64,000 nucleotides of DNA from Felis catus (lineage: Eukaryota). The notes beneath the pieces are model-generated. The model saw only the letters and a list, made by a program, of their open reading frames with translations. It ran no database searches and was not told the origin of the DNA. A program made the translations under genes and the position numbers. Below are positions 51,001-61,015 of the stretch, in pieces (position 1 is the stretch's first letter; the number at the start of each line of letters is the position of its first letter). The stretch lies in assembly GCF_018350175.1 (NCBI RefSeq), contig NC_058381.1, forward strand, positions 868,001-932,000. Reading direction: 5' to 3'.

Positions 51001-51808
51001 CGGGGGTGAGTCATGATTCCTGCGGTCCACAGGCTGCAGGGGGAAGGCCCGTCAGAGGAAGGGGGGAGGGAAGCAGGGGGAGGTGGTGGCCAGCGGGAAG
51101 GTGAAGGGCCCCCGAGTCACTTCGGAGGCAGGACGGAGGGACTGGACTTGGAAACGAACGGGTCAGAGGTGTGGGCTGAGCGGGAGCGAAGGCCAGGGGT
51201 GGCGCCTGGTTTCTGGGAGCGCGATCAGCTCGGGAGTGCTGTTCCGGGGACTGAGAGCAGGTTGGAGAAGGAGGGGTGGGGGGGGAGGTGACGACCCCTT
51301 TGGGGGCGTGCTGAATGCGGGGCATGGGAGCCACCGGCGGGTGCAGACAGGAGACGCTGACGCACACACGTGGCCCCCGGGGGCTTGCGTGCATGCAGAC
51401 TCTGGTTCCATAGGCCTGGCGGGGGGGGGGGGGGGGGGGGGGGGCGGTGGCTGAGATTCTGCCTGTCAGGGCCCCGGTCACGCTGAGGCTGCTGGTCCGC
51501 GGCCCCCTTCGGGGGGTGGGGGGGACAAGGGCCTGACGACCCGGTGGGGGGGTGATGGGCAGGGAGGACAGCAGCGGGGCCAGCACCCGACGGAGCTCCA
51601 CGGGGCGGAAGCCGGATATGGCGCAGACTTGCGTTTGGGGATCTCAGTGACAGGTGATGAGGACGGTGTGCCCCGTGGGTACAGAGGGACGAGCTCAGAC
51701 GTTCAGAGGCGGGCGGGGAGCTCCCTGTCTCCCCGGCGACGATTTTGGCGGGGGTTGGGGGGGGGGCCGGGTCACCGCCCCGCCGGCTGACGCCCGTCCC
51801 CTCCGCAG

Positions 51809-52111
51809 TTCCTGAGCGAGGGCTACGCGGCCCACCTGGCGACGCTGGAGGCCGGCCACCGCTCGCGCCCGAAGAAGAACAACTCGCGGATGGTGCTGCG
51901 CAAGGGCAGCTTCGGCCTGCACGCGCAGCCCGAGTTCCTGCGGAAGCGCAACCACCTGCGCAGGACCATGTCCGTGCAGCAGCCCCACCCGCCCGCCAAC
52001 CCCAAGCCCGAGCGGGCCCAGAGCCAGCCCGAGTCCGACAAGGACCAGGAGCGGCCCCTGCCCGCGCTCAGCTGGGCGCGCGGGCCCCCCAAGTTCGAGT
52101 CGGTGCCCTGA
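51809..52111 (+). CDS. PITPNM3: PITPNM3 terminal exon 20, coding part (FLSEGYAAHL...ARGPPKFESVP*)
   Basis: ctccgcag acceptor; open frame to TGA at 52109-52111; C-terminus matches Nir1. Confidence 0.96.
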   Translation, partial: FLSEGYAAHLATLEAGHRSRPKKNNSRMVLRKGSFGLHAQPEFLRKRNHLRRTMSVQQPHPPANPKPERAQSQPESDKDQERPLPALSWARGPPKFESVP

Positions 52112-54084
52112 GAGCCGGGCTGCGCGCAGAGGGCCGGGGCCGGGCGGGGGTGGGGGGTGCTGCTCCCCGAGACGGGCCGTTTCCTGCTTTTCCCCGCCCC
52201 CGTGTGTGTCCAGCGGTGTCCGAGCAGAGCGGGGAGGGACCCTGCCGAGCCCCGGGGAGGGGGCTCCCTGGGCCACGAGGGGGTGAGACCCCAGGGTCTC
52301 CGCAGCCGCGGCTGCCTCCCCGTGCGGGACCTGGGACCGCGAGCCCGTCGGGGGCGGTGTCCGTGGAGTCCTGGGGGGCAGGCCTGCCCCGAGCTGGCCG
52401 GTCTGACAGAGTTGACCACCTTTCTGGGGTCCACGCAGGCCCTAAAGGGAGAAGCCGCCAGACCGGGGATCAGCAGCCGCCGGCACGTGCAGCTCCCAGA
52501 GGCCTGGGGGACGGACAAGTGGCATCGCGCCGGCCCCCCCCCCGTGACATCCTGGGTCAGCCTCATGGGCCTGGCTTTCCTGTGGCAAAGTGGCCACTTT
52601 CTGGGAGGGAGGGGACATCCCCCGGGGCTCCTCCTGTGTCCACGTGTCTGTCCACGGCCCTTGCGGGGGTGAGGGGGGGTGGCGGGGTCTGGTGCTGACG
52701 GTCTGTCCTTCTGCGGCTGTCCATTGTCCCCGTCTTGTCCTCGGTATTCCTGCCGTTCACCCGCGGCCGGAGAGGACGGCCATTCCTCTTCCCGGGGTCC
52801 TGCCTGGGGCCCTCCCTGGGGAGGCTGCGGCCCTGGGCGCTGGCCCGGCTGGGCTGGCTGAGAGCCCTTGAGCCCCTCGTCGCCCTCTCTGGGCCCTGGC
52901 TTCCTTACGGAATTGGAAGGTCCCCCCGGCTGAGACTGGTGCGCGGTTTCTGACTCCTGGGCTGTCTTCTGTCTTGCACTTCTGTGCCCTGGGGTTTCTG
53001 GGCCTCAGAGCCCCTCAGACCACCCCGGCTCCACCTTCCACACTGTCTGAGAGAGGGGCTCTGGGGGGGCCCTCACTGTCGCCCCACTGCTTGGGGAGGG
53101 AGGGGGATGGGAAGGGGTCCCGGCTCCGTGAGGCAGCGTGCTTTGCACTGATGCCCAAACCAAAACCACGTGTCCCGGCAGCGGGGACACCCCCCACCCG
53201 GGGGGCCGGGCTCGCCCTCCCCAGCGCTGCTCACGCTGACTCTGTTTTGGCTCCTGGAGGACATAGAGCTGAGATCCCAGCGCTCCGGGGGCGCGTGTCA
53301 TTTTGGCTCAAACTGTTGTACTCTTTTCCCCTCCGCCTGCCACTCAGCTTGGTTTGGGGCCCACGCCCTCCTCCTGGGCCGTCCCGTGAGGTGAGGTCGG
53401 CAGGGCTCTCCTGCAGCCCAGCCCAGGCCCACACCCGCCCCGGCCTGCTTCGGAGCCCCTGAGGCTGGCCCAGCTCCTCCAGGCGGGGCTGTGCCCGAGT
53501 CCAGGCACCTGCGTGGGCCCGTGTCGCTTCTGCTCCGTGTCTACCTCTTGCGGCTCCCATGTGGCCAGCGTCCTCCCCGCAGCGGCTGCTGTGACCTGCC
53601 CAGCAGACCTGCTGGGGCTGGAGGGGTCCGGGCTCCCGGCCCCCACCCCGCTCTCTCCAGTGTGCGGCACCCCCCTCCCCCAGTCCTGCGGCTCCCCTGT
53701 AGGCAGGGGCAGGTACCCTGGGGGTGTCCTCTCCAGCCCTGCCTCCTGGGTTCCCAGGTGCCCATCCCTCCTTCCACACTTGGTCGTCGGGGCTCCCCAG
53801 AAGGTAGGAGGTCATAGGCACAGCTACTCCCACCCCAGGCCTTCCTGTCCTTCCCGAATTCTAGCCTGCGTTGAAGTCTGGCGGACTTACTCTGATTCTC
53901 TGAGGCTCCGCTATCCCCTTTCCTTCCAGAAGCCCCTGCCGTCAGTCTCCACTGATAAATTAGTGGAGTTATGTCTTCCCGAGTTAGGTTCCCTCTGCCC
54001 TGTGAGCCCCAGGCTGGGAGTGAGAGACACAGAGAGACAGAGAACACCAGGACCCTGGGGAGTTTGGAGTCCCAGTGAGCAGGG

Positions 54085-54305
54085 TACTGTGGCTGGGGAT
54101 GTGGGGTTCTGGGGGTGCTGTGGTTTTGGGGGTCCAGGGTTCTGGGAGGTGCCATGGTTCTGGGGGGGTGCTGGGGGTCTGGGATTCTGGGGGTCCCGTG
54201 GTTCTGGGGGTGCTGGAGTTCTGGGGATGCTGGGACTCTGGGATTCTGGGGGTCCCGTGGTTCTGGGGGTGCTGGGACTCTGGGGGTGCTGTGATTATGG
54301 GGGTC
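54085..54305. repeat. G-rich minisatellite (GGTTCTGGGGGTGCTG-type) within the PITPNM3 3' UTR
   Basis: About 11-12 degenerate ~18-20 bp copies. Confidence 0.85.
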
Positions 54306-55622
54306 CGGAGCTGGGATGTGGGGCCCGGCAGGAGGCCACCCCTTCTCCTTTGTGGAATCGGAGGACTCACACCTGCGATTGGGGAGATGAAAGGCGGCGT
54401 CCTGAGCCCGCCTCTCGGGTTAGTGGGCGTGTGCGCATGCGCGCGAGCGCCCCTCCGCCTTGGCGTTGGTTAACGCGCGCTCCCGGACGAGCGGTTTGTG
54501 CGGTTTTGTCCGTGCGCTGAAGTTGGAGGGAGACGAGCAGGCTGCGTTGTTCCCTGGAGGGGGGCCGCCGCCCCTCCCCGAGTGGGTCCGTGAGCCCGCC
54601 TGGCTGTTTCCCAGAGAACCCTTTCGGTCCCCGGTGCGCCCTCTCCCGGGACCTGGAGCGTCCTTCTTCCCGCCTGATCAGAGCTCCTCGTTTCTCGCGT
54701 GGCATGTTCGTTCTTCCCTGTCTGGTGGCCGTCCCTGTCCCCTGTCGGAGGGCCTGCCTGCCGCCCTCCCCCGCGCCCGCCCCGAGGGGGTCTCGGGGGC
54801 CTACCCTTCTGGCTTCGTGGGGTTTTCCTGAAGATCGGGACCTGCCCTTGGGCTCCACAAAACATGCGTTAAAAAAAGTGGACCGTTTTTATGCCCTTGG
54901 ACGGACGGCCCTCCTGTCTGGGTGCTGGGCCACAGAAACTGCGTCTGAACCCCGTGTTCCAAAGAGGTTACGGGGGCGTGGGTCCCCGGAAGGAGGGGAG
55001 GCTGGATCTCCTGGCTTTTTGAACTGTTTTTACCACTTTGGAGCCCCTGGTCTGCACCCTGGGAGTGTCCTACAGGCAAAACAGGGCGTGCATCTTTCAA
55101 TGAAAGCCAGAGGCCCGAGCAGGCGGCTCTGGTTTCCCGTGGACGCCCTCCCTAAACATGGGCGCAGCCCCGCCAGGGAGGGGGGCCCTAGCTGGAAAGG
55201 AGCCTCAAGGCCGGACCCCGCCTTAAATAACCAGCTTCCCCGCCGAATCCCCCGGGTCTGGGCACCAAGTGCTCTGGAAACCTGTTCTCTGGCTCAGCTA
55301 AAACACGTAACCCCTCGCTCCTTCCCCTCCCTCTGGGCTTGGGGGAACCTTAAAAATCACAGCTGGGGTTAAGTCCACACAGGGAGGCCCGGCCGGGGCC
55401 TGCTCTTCCCGTGGAGAAACCAGGGTGGCCGGTGGGGGGGGGGGGGAAGTAGAGTCACTGAGGAGGGGCAGGACGGCTCGCCCCTGGGGACATCCACCCT
55501 CGAACCCCTGTCCTCTGTTTACTCCGAGGTGGCAGCCCGTCCCGTCTTGTCCGTGGTCCGACTGTTCCTAAATGTGTGACTCTCAGTATTGCCAGTGGCA
55601 GCCGGTTCTGTGGTGAAAAAGG

Positions 55623-55628
55623 TTTATT
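55623..55628 (-). terminator. Candidate distal poly(A) signal AATAAA, PIMREG (inside the PITPNM3 3' UTR)
   Basis: TTTATT on +; usage is inferred. Confidence 0.45.
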
Positions 55629-55788
55629 CCCTTCCTCACGGCTGCCTTGTACAAAATCCGTTAGAAAAGGAAATGTAAAATACCAGATTTCTAAAGCGAC
55701 AAACACAGCACTACGGGGTTAAAAGATTTTTACTACTGGTCTTGATTTTGACGTGAGCTGGTTTTTAACTCTTGAACGTTGTCACTGA

Positions 55789-55794
55789 AATAAA
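55789..55794 (+). terminator. Poly(A) signal AATAAA, PITPNM3
   Basis: AATAAA followed by a TGTGCTTTGTT downstream element about 20-30 nt later; an upstream TGTA is present. Confidence 0.8.
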
Positions 55795-55952
55795 AACCTG
55801 ATTTGCCTTTAAAGTGTGCTTTGTTCTGAGCGGAGCAGGGAAGCCTTCCCTGTGCGGGGTGTCTTCTCCCTGAGCTGGGGGCCGGCCGCTAGGAGCGGGG
55901 GGGCGAGGGGAGCGGAGCCCGGCCCCGAAGCAGACCCGTCGCCCGGAGTGGG

Positions 55953-56140
55953 GGTGCGCGCGCACAAACACGTGGGGGTGTATACGTGTGTGTGCAAGTG
56001 GGCGTGTGTGCGTGCACGGCTGTGTTCACGCATGTATGCGTGCGCACGTGCACGTAGGTGTGTGCACATGGGCACGGGCACATAGAGGGTGTGTGTGCCT
56101 GTGTGGTTGTGCGTGCACACGTGTCTGTGCATGCGCGTGG
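55953..56140. repeat. Alternating purine-pyrimidine (TG/CG/CA)n tract between the convergent gene ends
   Basis: GTGTGTGC/GTGCAC/GCGTGC runs. Confidence 0.8.
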
Positions 56141-56173
56141 GTAACAGAACAGATGTCAGACGCAGAAGTGGTC

Positions 56174-56179
56174 TTTATT
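56174..56179 (-). terminator. Proximal poly(A) signal AATAAA, PIMREG
   Basis: TTTATT on +, followed on - by a TCTGTTCTGTT U-rich element. Confidence 0.7.
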
Positions 56180-57046
56180 ATGAAAAAGCAGTGTTATCCG
56201 GGGAAGTCACACGCGGGTTTCTTTCTAATAAAATGACACAGCAGATTTCTGAGATAACTGGCCAAGCGCAGAAGTCGCTAGTCAACAGTGATGCCCGTCC
56301 CTGCACACCCCCGGTCCCCGTGCTGAGCATAAATAGCTGTCTGCGGGCCCAGGCTCTCGGGGCCGGGAATCTCTTCCCCCATCCCTCCCTGCAGGGCTGT
56401 GGTGGGGGCAGAAGGGATGGCGGCTGGGCTCCCCAGAGCCCGGGCACGATCCCTCGGGGGTCCCACCCTTGGGTCCCCAGTCCCTTCTGGTGCCTCCGCC
56501 TTCACGTTGGAGAGGACACAGCCACGTGGCCTAAGTGCAGGTGAGTTCCGAGCTCAAAAGGGGAGTAGAGTGAAACCCCCCCGCCACCTCCGTCCCCCTG
56601 GTCAGTCTCAAGCTGGGCCAGGTGGCCACTGGCAGAACCACGTGTGGCCCCGGGGGAGTCCCCACCCGGGGCCTCCTTGGGAGCTCGTGGGGCCGCGTGG
56701 ATCCCGCTGTGAGGTCGTGGTGTCCGCCGTGGCTTGCCTCCTGCAGTGCGGAGCCCCCTGCGTGCCCCTGGCTGGGCTCAGAGCGGGGGCAGGTTCCCCA
56801 GAACGAGGGGATGGACGGGGGCTCGCCGAGGGCCCGGCGTGCCCGGCTGGGGACGCGGTCAGTGAGGTCGGCTGGCTCTAGGCAGGTGGGCTAGACCTGC
56901 ATGCTTCCTACGCTGCTGGGCCCATCCGCTCTTCAGGATTTTCCAGAAAAGACTACGTTCTTCCATACGTTCGTGGTGAGGAGGAGGAGGAGGAGGAACC
57001 TGGAGAAAAGGCTTGGGAGGCGGGGCGTCACCTGGAGGCGCTGTCC

Positions 57047-57086
57047 TCAGTCACGGATGAGAGAAACGGTCATGGTCATGTCGCCG
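57047..57086 (-). CDS. PIMREG: PIMREG last coding exon (SGDMTMTVSLIRD*); probable 3' UTR intron donor after 57032
   Basis: ctgtctccag acceptor and TGA at 57049-57047; total CDS 726 nt = 241 aa; CAG|GTGACG 15 nt after the stop. Confidence 0.85.
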
Positions 57087-57640
57087 CTGGAGACAGGAGG
57101 GCGGGAGGGGCTGGTGTCACCTGTAGGAGGGGCCCTACCACCCCGCAGTCAGAGCTGGCTGGGCCCTGCCCCAGAGCCCATCCGGGCCCTTGTATAAATG
57201 GGGAACAGGCCCCAAGTTAGGGGGGGCTGCAGACCGAGGCCCCGCCTCCAGAGGGTCCTGGGCAGTCAGGCCAGACGCTCCAGAGTGGCCATGGGCCTTT
57301 TCCCAATCCCATGGGCAGGCAGGCGCAGGGGAGCCATGGGGAGTGCTGGGGGAAGGGCAGGTCTTCCGGAAACCAGGTGCCTGGCCTGGTGGGGTTCCCG
57401 GGGGGCCGTTCACATCCAGGATGCGTTCCAGACACCATCCTGATCTATGTTTTCTGCCCCCTCGTGTTGCACGTGAGCAGCCTGAGGCTCAGAGAGGGCC
57501 GGGGACGGGCCGGGGTCACACAACAGGTCAGAGCCCGAGTCGGAGAGGTGTAAAAACGTGGCAGGACTCAAGGAGCACGGGACCCCCCCCCCCCCGCCCG
57601 CCTCAGCTCTTCCGTTTTGAAGCATGACCCGCCAGCTCAC

Positions 57641-57736
57641 CTCTCTTCAGCCACAATGGCCTCGTCCAGCTGCCGGGACAGCTTCTGGAGGTGCTGAAGT
57701 CCCGCTCCCACAGGCTCCGGGTCACTGTCAGACTCA
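57641..57736 (-). CDS. PIMREG: PIMREG coding exon (SESDSDPEPVGAGLQHLQKLSRQLDEAIVAEE)
   Basis: ctttcag acceptor and GTGAGC donor; 96 nt; phase 2/2. Confidence 0.94.
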
Positions 57737-58100
57737 CTGAAAGGAGGAAAGCCGCAGCAGCGACTGGCGGAAATGTGCAGCACGAGGCCCTCCCACCCGG
57801 TGCCGGGCCGGGTGCGCGCAGGCCCGGAGACGCCCCGAGGGGTCCGGGAGCACCTTGTCTGGGCCCTCCCTGCCCTCCAGGAGGTGACAGCCCACGCGGC
57901 TTGGAGCACCTGGCAGAGAACACGTGGCTCAGGGCCCATCAGGTCCAGGGCCCGGACCCTGCACAGGTGAGCCCTGCGGTTCCCCCTCGTCAGGGGTAGA
58001 GTTGGGTCAGGACACAGATGCCCCCGGGGAGCCCCAGGAGGGGGTCAGAAGCCGCTGGGGCCCAGCTAGTGATCTGGGGGCAAGGCACCCCTCCTCTTAC

Positions 58101-58396
58101 CTGGGGGAGCACAGGGGCTCCGTTGAGGAGTAGGGGCTCCGGAAGGTGGGCTCCCTCCGGGACCGCCACTGTGGGTGGGCGCGGGGGCCCACGTGCCCAG
58201 AGAGTCGGCGACAGGGTCTCTCCCGCGGGCCCAGGGCTGAGGAGGCCGGGGCGGCTCCACACAGCCGGGGGCTCTTCTGGCCCGGGGTGTGGGCGGGGGG
58301 ACGACTGCCCGTCTGTGCCCCTCTCCTCCTCTTCCTGGCCTTCACCTGGGTCCCCACCAGCCACTTGGTGCCGCTCTGGCAGGACTCCTGGATCCT
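58101..58396 (-). CDS. PIMREG: PIMREG coding exon (RIQESCQSGTKWLVGTQVKARKRRRG...FRSPYSSTEPLCSP)
   Basis: tcccag acceptor and GTAAGA donor; 296 nt; basic NLS-like KARKRRR. Confidence 0.94.
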
Positions 58397-59885
58397 CTGG
58401 GACGGGACCACGGAAGGTGAGCGCAAAGCCAAGGACGAGCTCCTGCAGTCTCCGGGCCCCTCCCGCCCCTCAGCGCCCCAGCCGCGCAAACACAGACAGC
58501 TCGGAGCCCCAGGGGTGAGGGGCGTGCGTGGGTCCCTGAGAAGCGAGTCCGCTGCGGGGAGCCAGCTCAGGGCCACCCAGGGCACCGGTGCGGCGGTCAG
58601 CAGCCCAACCAGCGGCTTGTGGAGTCCACGCTCGTTTCGGGACACGGAAAGACCCTGGCGCCCCCTGGAAGGCCCCCCGGGACCTGCCTCGGGTCTCACT
58701 AAGTCGCCCTCCGCACTGGTGCGGATTCGAGGGGCAGCTCTCCCGACACTCGACGGCTCAGAGTCCCTCTGGGTTCCTCACGGCCTGGGGTGGGGGTGGG
58801 GGGCAGGCCCTAGCTCCTGGGCGCCTCCCACCGGCTGGGGCGGCTGTGCTGGCTCCTCGAGGCCAGAATGTCGGCCCAGGCAAACCAGAGGCCAGAGGCC
58901 AGGACGAGTTACGTTTGGTGAGGTATGTGGCCGCGGGCGCACCTGTGTTTCTGTGATCCCTTCGGGACAAAGGGAGTCCCAGGACTCCTAGTCGGGGACT
59001 GACTTTCGGCTCAGAGACCCCAGAGCAGAGCGTCTGTAAACAGGTTCAGATTCCCAGCCTGACACCAAGGGGGTACCCGCACCCCTTCTCTCCTCGGAGG
59101 CTTTCGCTCGCCATGACGTCGGTCCTTTCCGGGGGACACCTGCCCCCATTTTCGGGTTGGAGGACCCGTTCGCCTGCAAGGCCCCAGGCACCTCACGCCT
59201 GCCCATGTGGCGTCTTTGTGCCCACACGTGTCGTCTGACACAAATCCTCGCACACCTACCTTCTGAGCACCTCTCGAGGTCCACGCCTCTGCCAGGCCAG
59301 GCCCCCAGGCCCCCCGGTGGCGAATGCTTCTCACCCCCTTTCCACCAGGCAGCCGGGGAACGAGCTCTAAAATGCTCCTCGGACTGGATTCCCACCAGGT
59401 TGAAAATCCTCCCCACTGGCCCCCGGTGGCTCTTGGGAGAGTCTAACCAAACACCCTCGGCACGCGGGACGCCTGCCCTTCCCCTCCTGGCTCCCTGTCC
59501 TCTGGCCACCCAGACCACGCTCCCTCCGCTCTGGATCTGGACCCACGCCATCTCGCCCTACGCTCTCCTCCCACTTCCTTCCCCCTTCCTGGGCGATTCC
59601 GCGGGGTGGCCTCCCCTGCAAGCCTCGCTGTGTTTGCTGTGTCCCCGTGACGCCCATGCTTGCTACGCTGTGACACCACAGCTCTAGCATCTTATACTGC
59701 GAGGCTCCGCTTGGCCTCCAGGACGCCCTTCCCATCCGTTCGTCCCACGGCTGGTTGAGGGCAGGAGACACAGCGAGGACACACCAAAGTCCCCGTCTTC
59801 GTGGGGTCGGCCTCCTCAGGGGCCCCTTGAAGGCACCGGCTGCGGGCACCGAGGAAGCCCTGGGTTAAGGGCCCGTCGGCATTAC

Positions 59886-60179
59886 CTGGGACACGGAGCC
59901 CAAGGCGTTCTTCGCTGAGCGAGCCGCAGCCTGGAGGCCCTGCTGCGACGGCTCTGGGTTCTCCAGGCGTTTCCAGGAGGGCCCCGCCCCGAGGTTGCGG
60001 CTGACTGCCCTCAGGGGCAGCCTCCTTTGGAAGTGTCTGCACAGGGAGCCCAGGGCCCCGCTGGAGGGCTCCGGATGGCCGCCCGCAGTCTGCTCCGCCT
60101 CCTTCTCCGCCAGCTGTTCCCGCTCCTGGAGCGGCCCCCGACGCAGGGAGACCCCCACGCCCGGCCACTTAGAAGCCAT
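59886..60179 (-). CDS. PIMREG: PIMREG (FAM64A/CATS/RCS1) first coding exon (MASKWPGVGVSLRRGPLQ...LCRHFQRRLPLRAV...ALGSVSQ); exon begins at 60214
   Basis: ATG at 60179, ctccccag acceptor, GTAATG donor; 294 coding nt; recognisable FAM64A N-terminus with D-box-like RxxL motifs. Confidence 0.94.
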
Positions 60180-60599
60180 CTGCCCGGTCGGGAGTCTGCT
60201 CAGCCCACCAGATCCTGGGGAGGAGGTCAAAAGCAGGTCAGCAAGCCATCCCCTCTCCCCCTCCCAGGCTCCACGGAGACACAGGTCGCCCGGGCTGGGC
60301 GTGGGGGCACGTGGCAGCGGTGGGTGTGGGAAGGGAGCTGCTTCCCGGAGGAGGGGTCAGCGCTTCCCGCGGTCCCTGGCGGCCACTGTCCGCAACAGCT
60401 GCGTGTCCATCTTCCCACCCAGCCGTCCCAGCTCTCTGCCTCAGGCGGGAGGGAAGCAAGGGTCAGGACGGGGCCTCGCCGAGCCTCGGCTGGCCAGGGC
60501 CCCATCCGGGGCCCTCTCCCGTCGCCCAGAGCCCCCCGATTTGCAGCTCGCAGTCCCCAGACGCCCCCACTTGCGTGCCCATCCTGACTGGCACACCCG

Positions 60600-61015
60600 C
60601 CCCACCCCCACGCTCCGCCCAGGTCCCGTCGGAACAGAAGGGCTCCCGGGCCCCCGGGCCCCGGACTGCGCTCACCCGGCAGCCCCCGGCGCAGGCCGCA
60701 GCCCCGAGCAGCCGCTCCGCGCCCACCCGGCGGGTTTGAAACTCCGCGCGGGTCCGCCCCCTGGCCGGCCCTCGCAGCTGATTGGCCGCGTCCCCGCAGC
60801 GCTGCCGCGCCCGGGATCCGATTGGCCCGCGCTCTAGCGGCGGGAATGCTGCCCTCCGATTGGCTGGCCTCCCCATTCGTGCTGGGGCCGCGGCCGGGCG
60901 GGCGCAGCCGGGCGCCGCCCCTTTGTCTCCGAGGTCTGCGCCCCGCCGCGCGGCCAAGCGGGTTCGGTCGGGAGGCGCGGGGCCGGGAGCTCGGCCGCGC
61001 CCCGCGGCCGTGGGT
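60600..61015 (-). promoter_or_regulatory. PIMREG CpG-island promoter with G2/M (NF-Y + CHR/DREAM-MuvB) architecture
   Basis: CCAAT on - at 60781-85, 60821-25 and 60859-63; CHR TTTGAA at 60735-40; E2F-like GGCGGGAA at 60839-46; GC box at 60754-59; dense CpG; no TATA box. Confidence 0.85.
60676..60750 (-). other. PIMREG: PIMREG non-coding exon 1 (5' end approximate)
   Basis: CGG|GTGAGC donor at 60676/60675, just downstream of the promoter elements in the CpG island. Confidence 0.65.

Larger units (their letters stand above)
52112..55815 (+). other. PITPNM3: PITPNM3 3' UTR (~3.7 kb, end approximate)
   Basis: Runs from the stop codon to an AU-rich terminal block (55560-55810) with AATAAA and a downstream GT-rich element. 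Confidence 0.75.
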
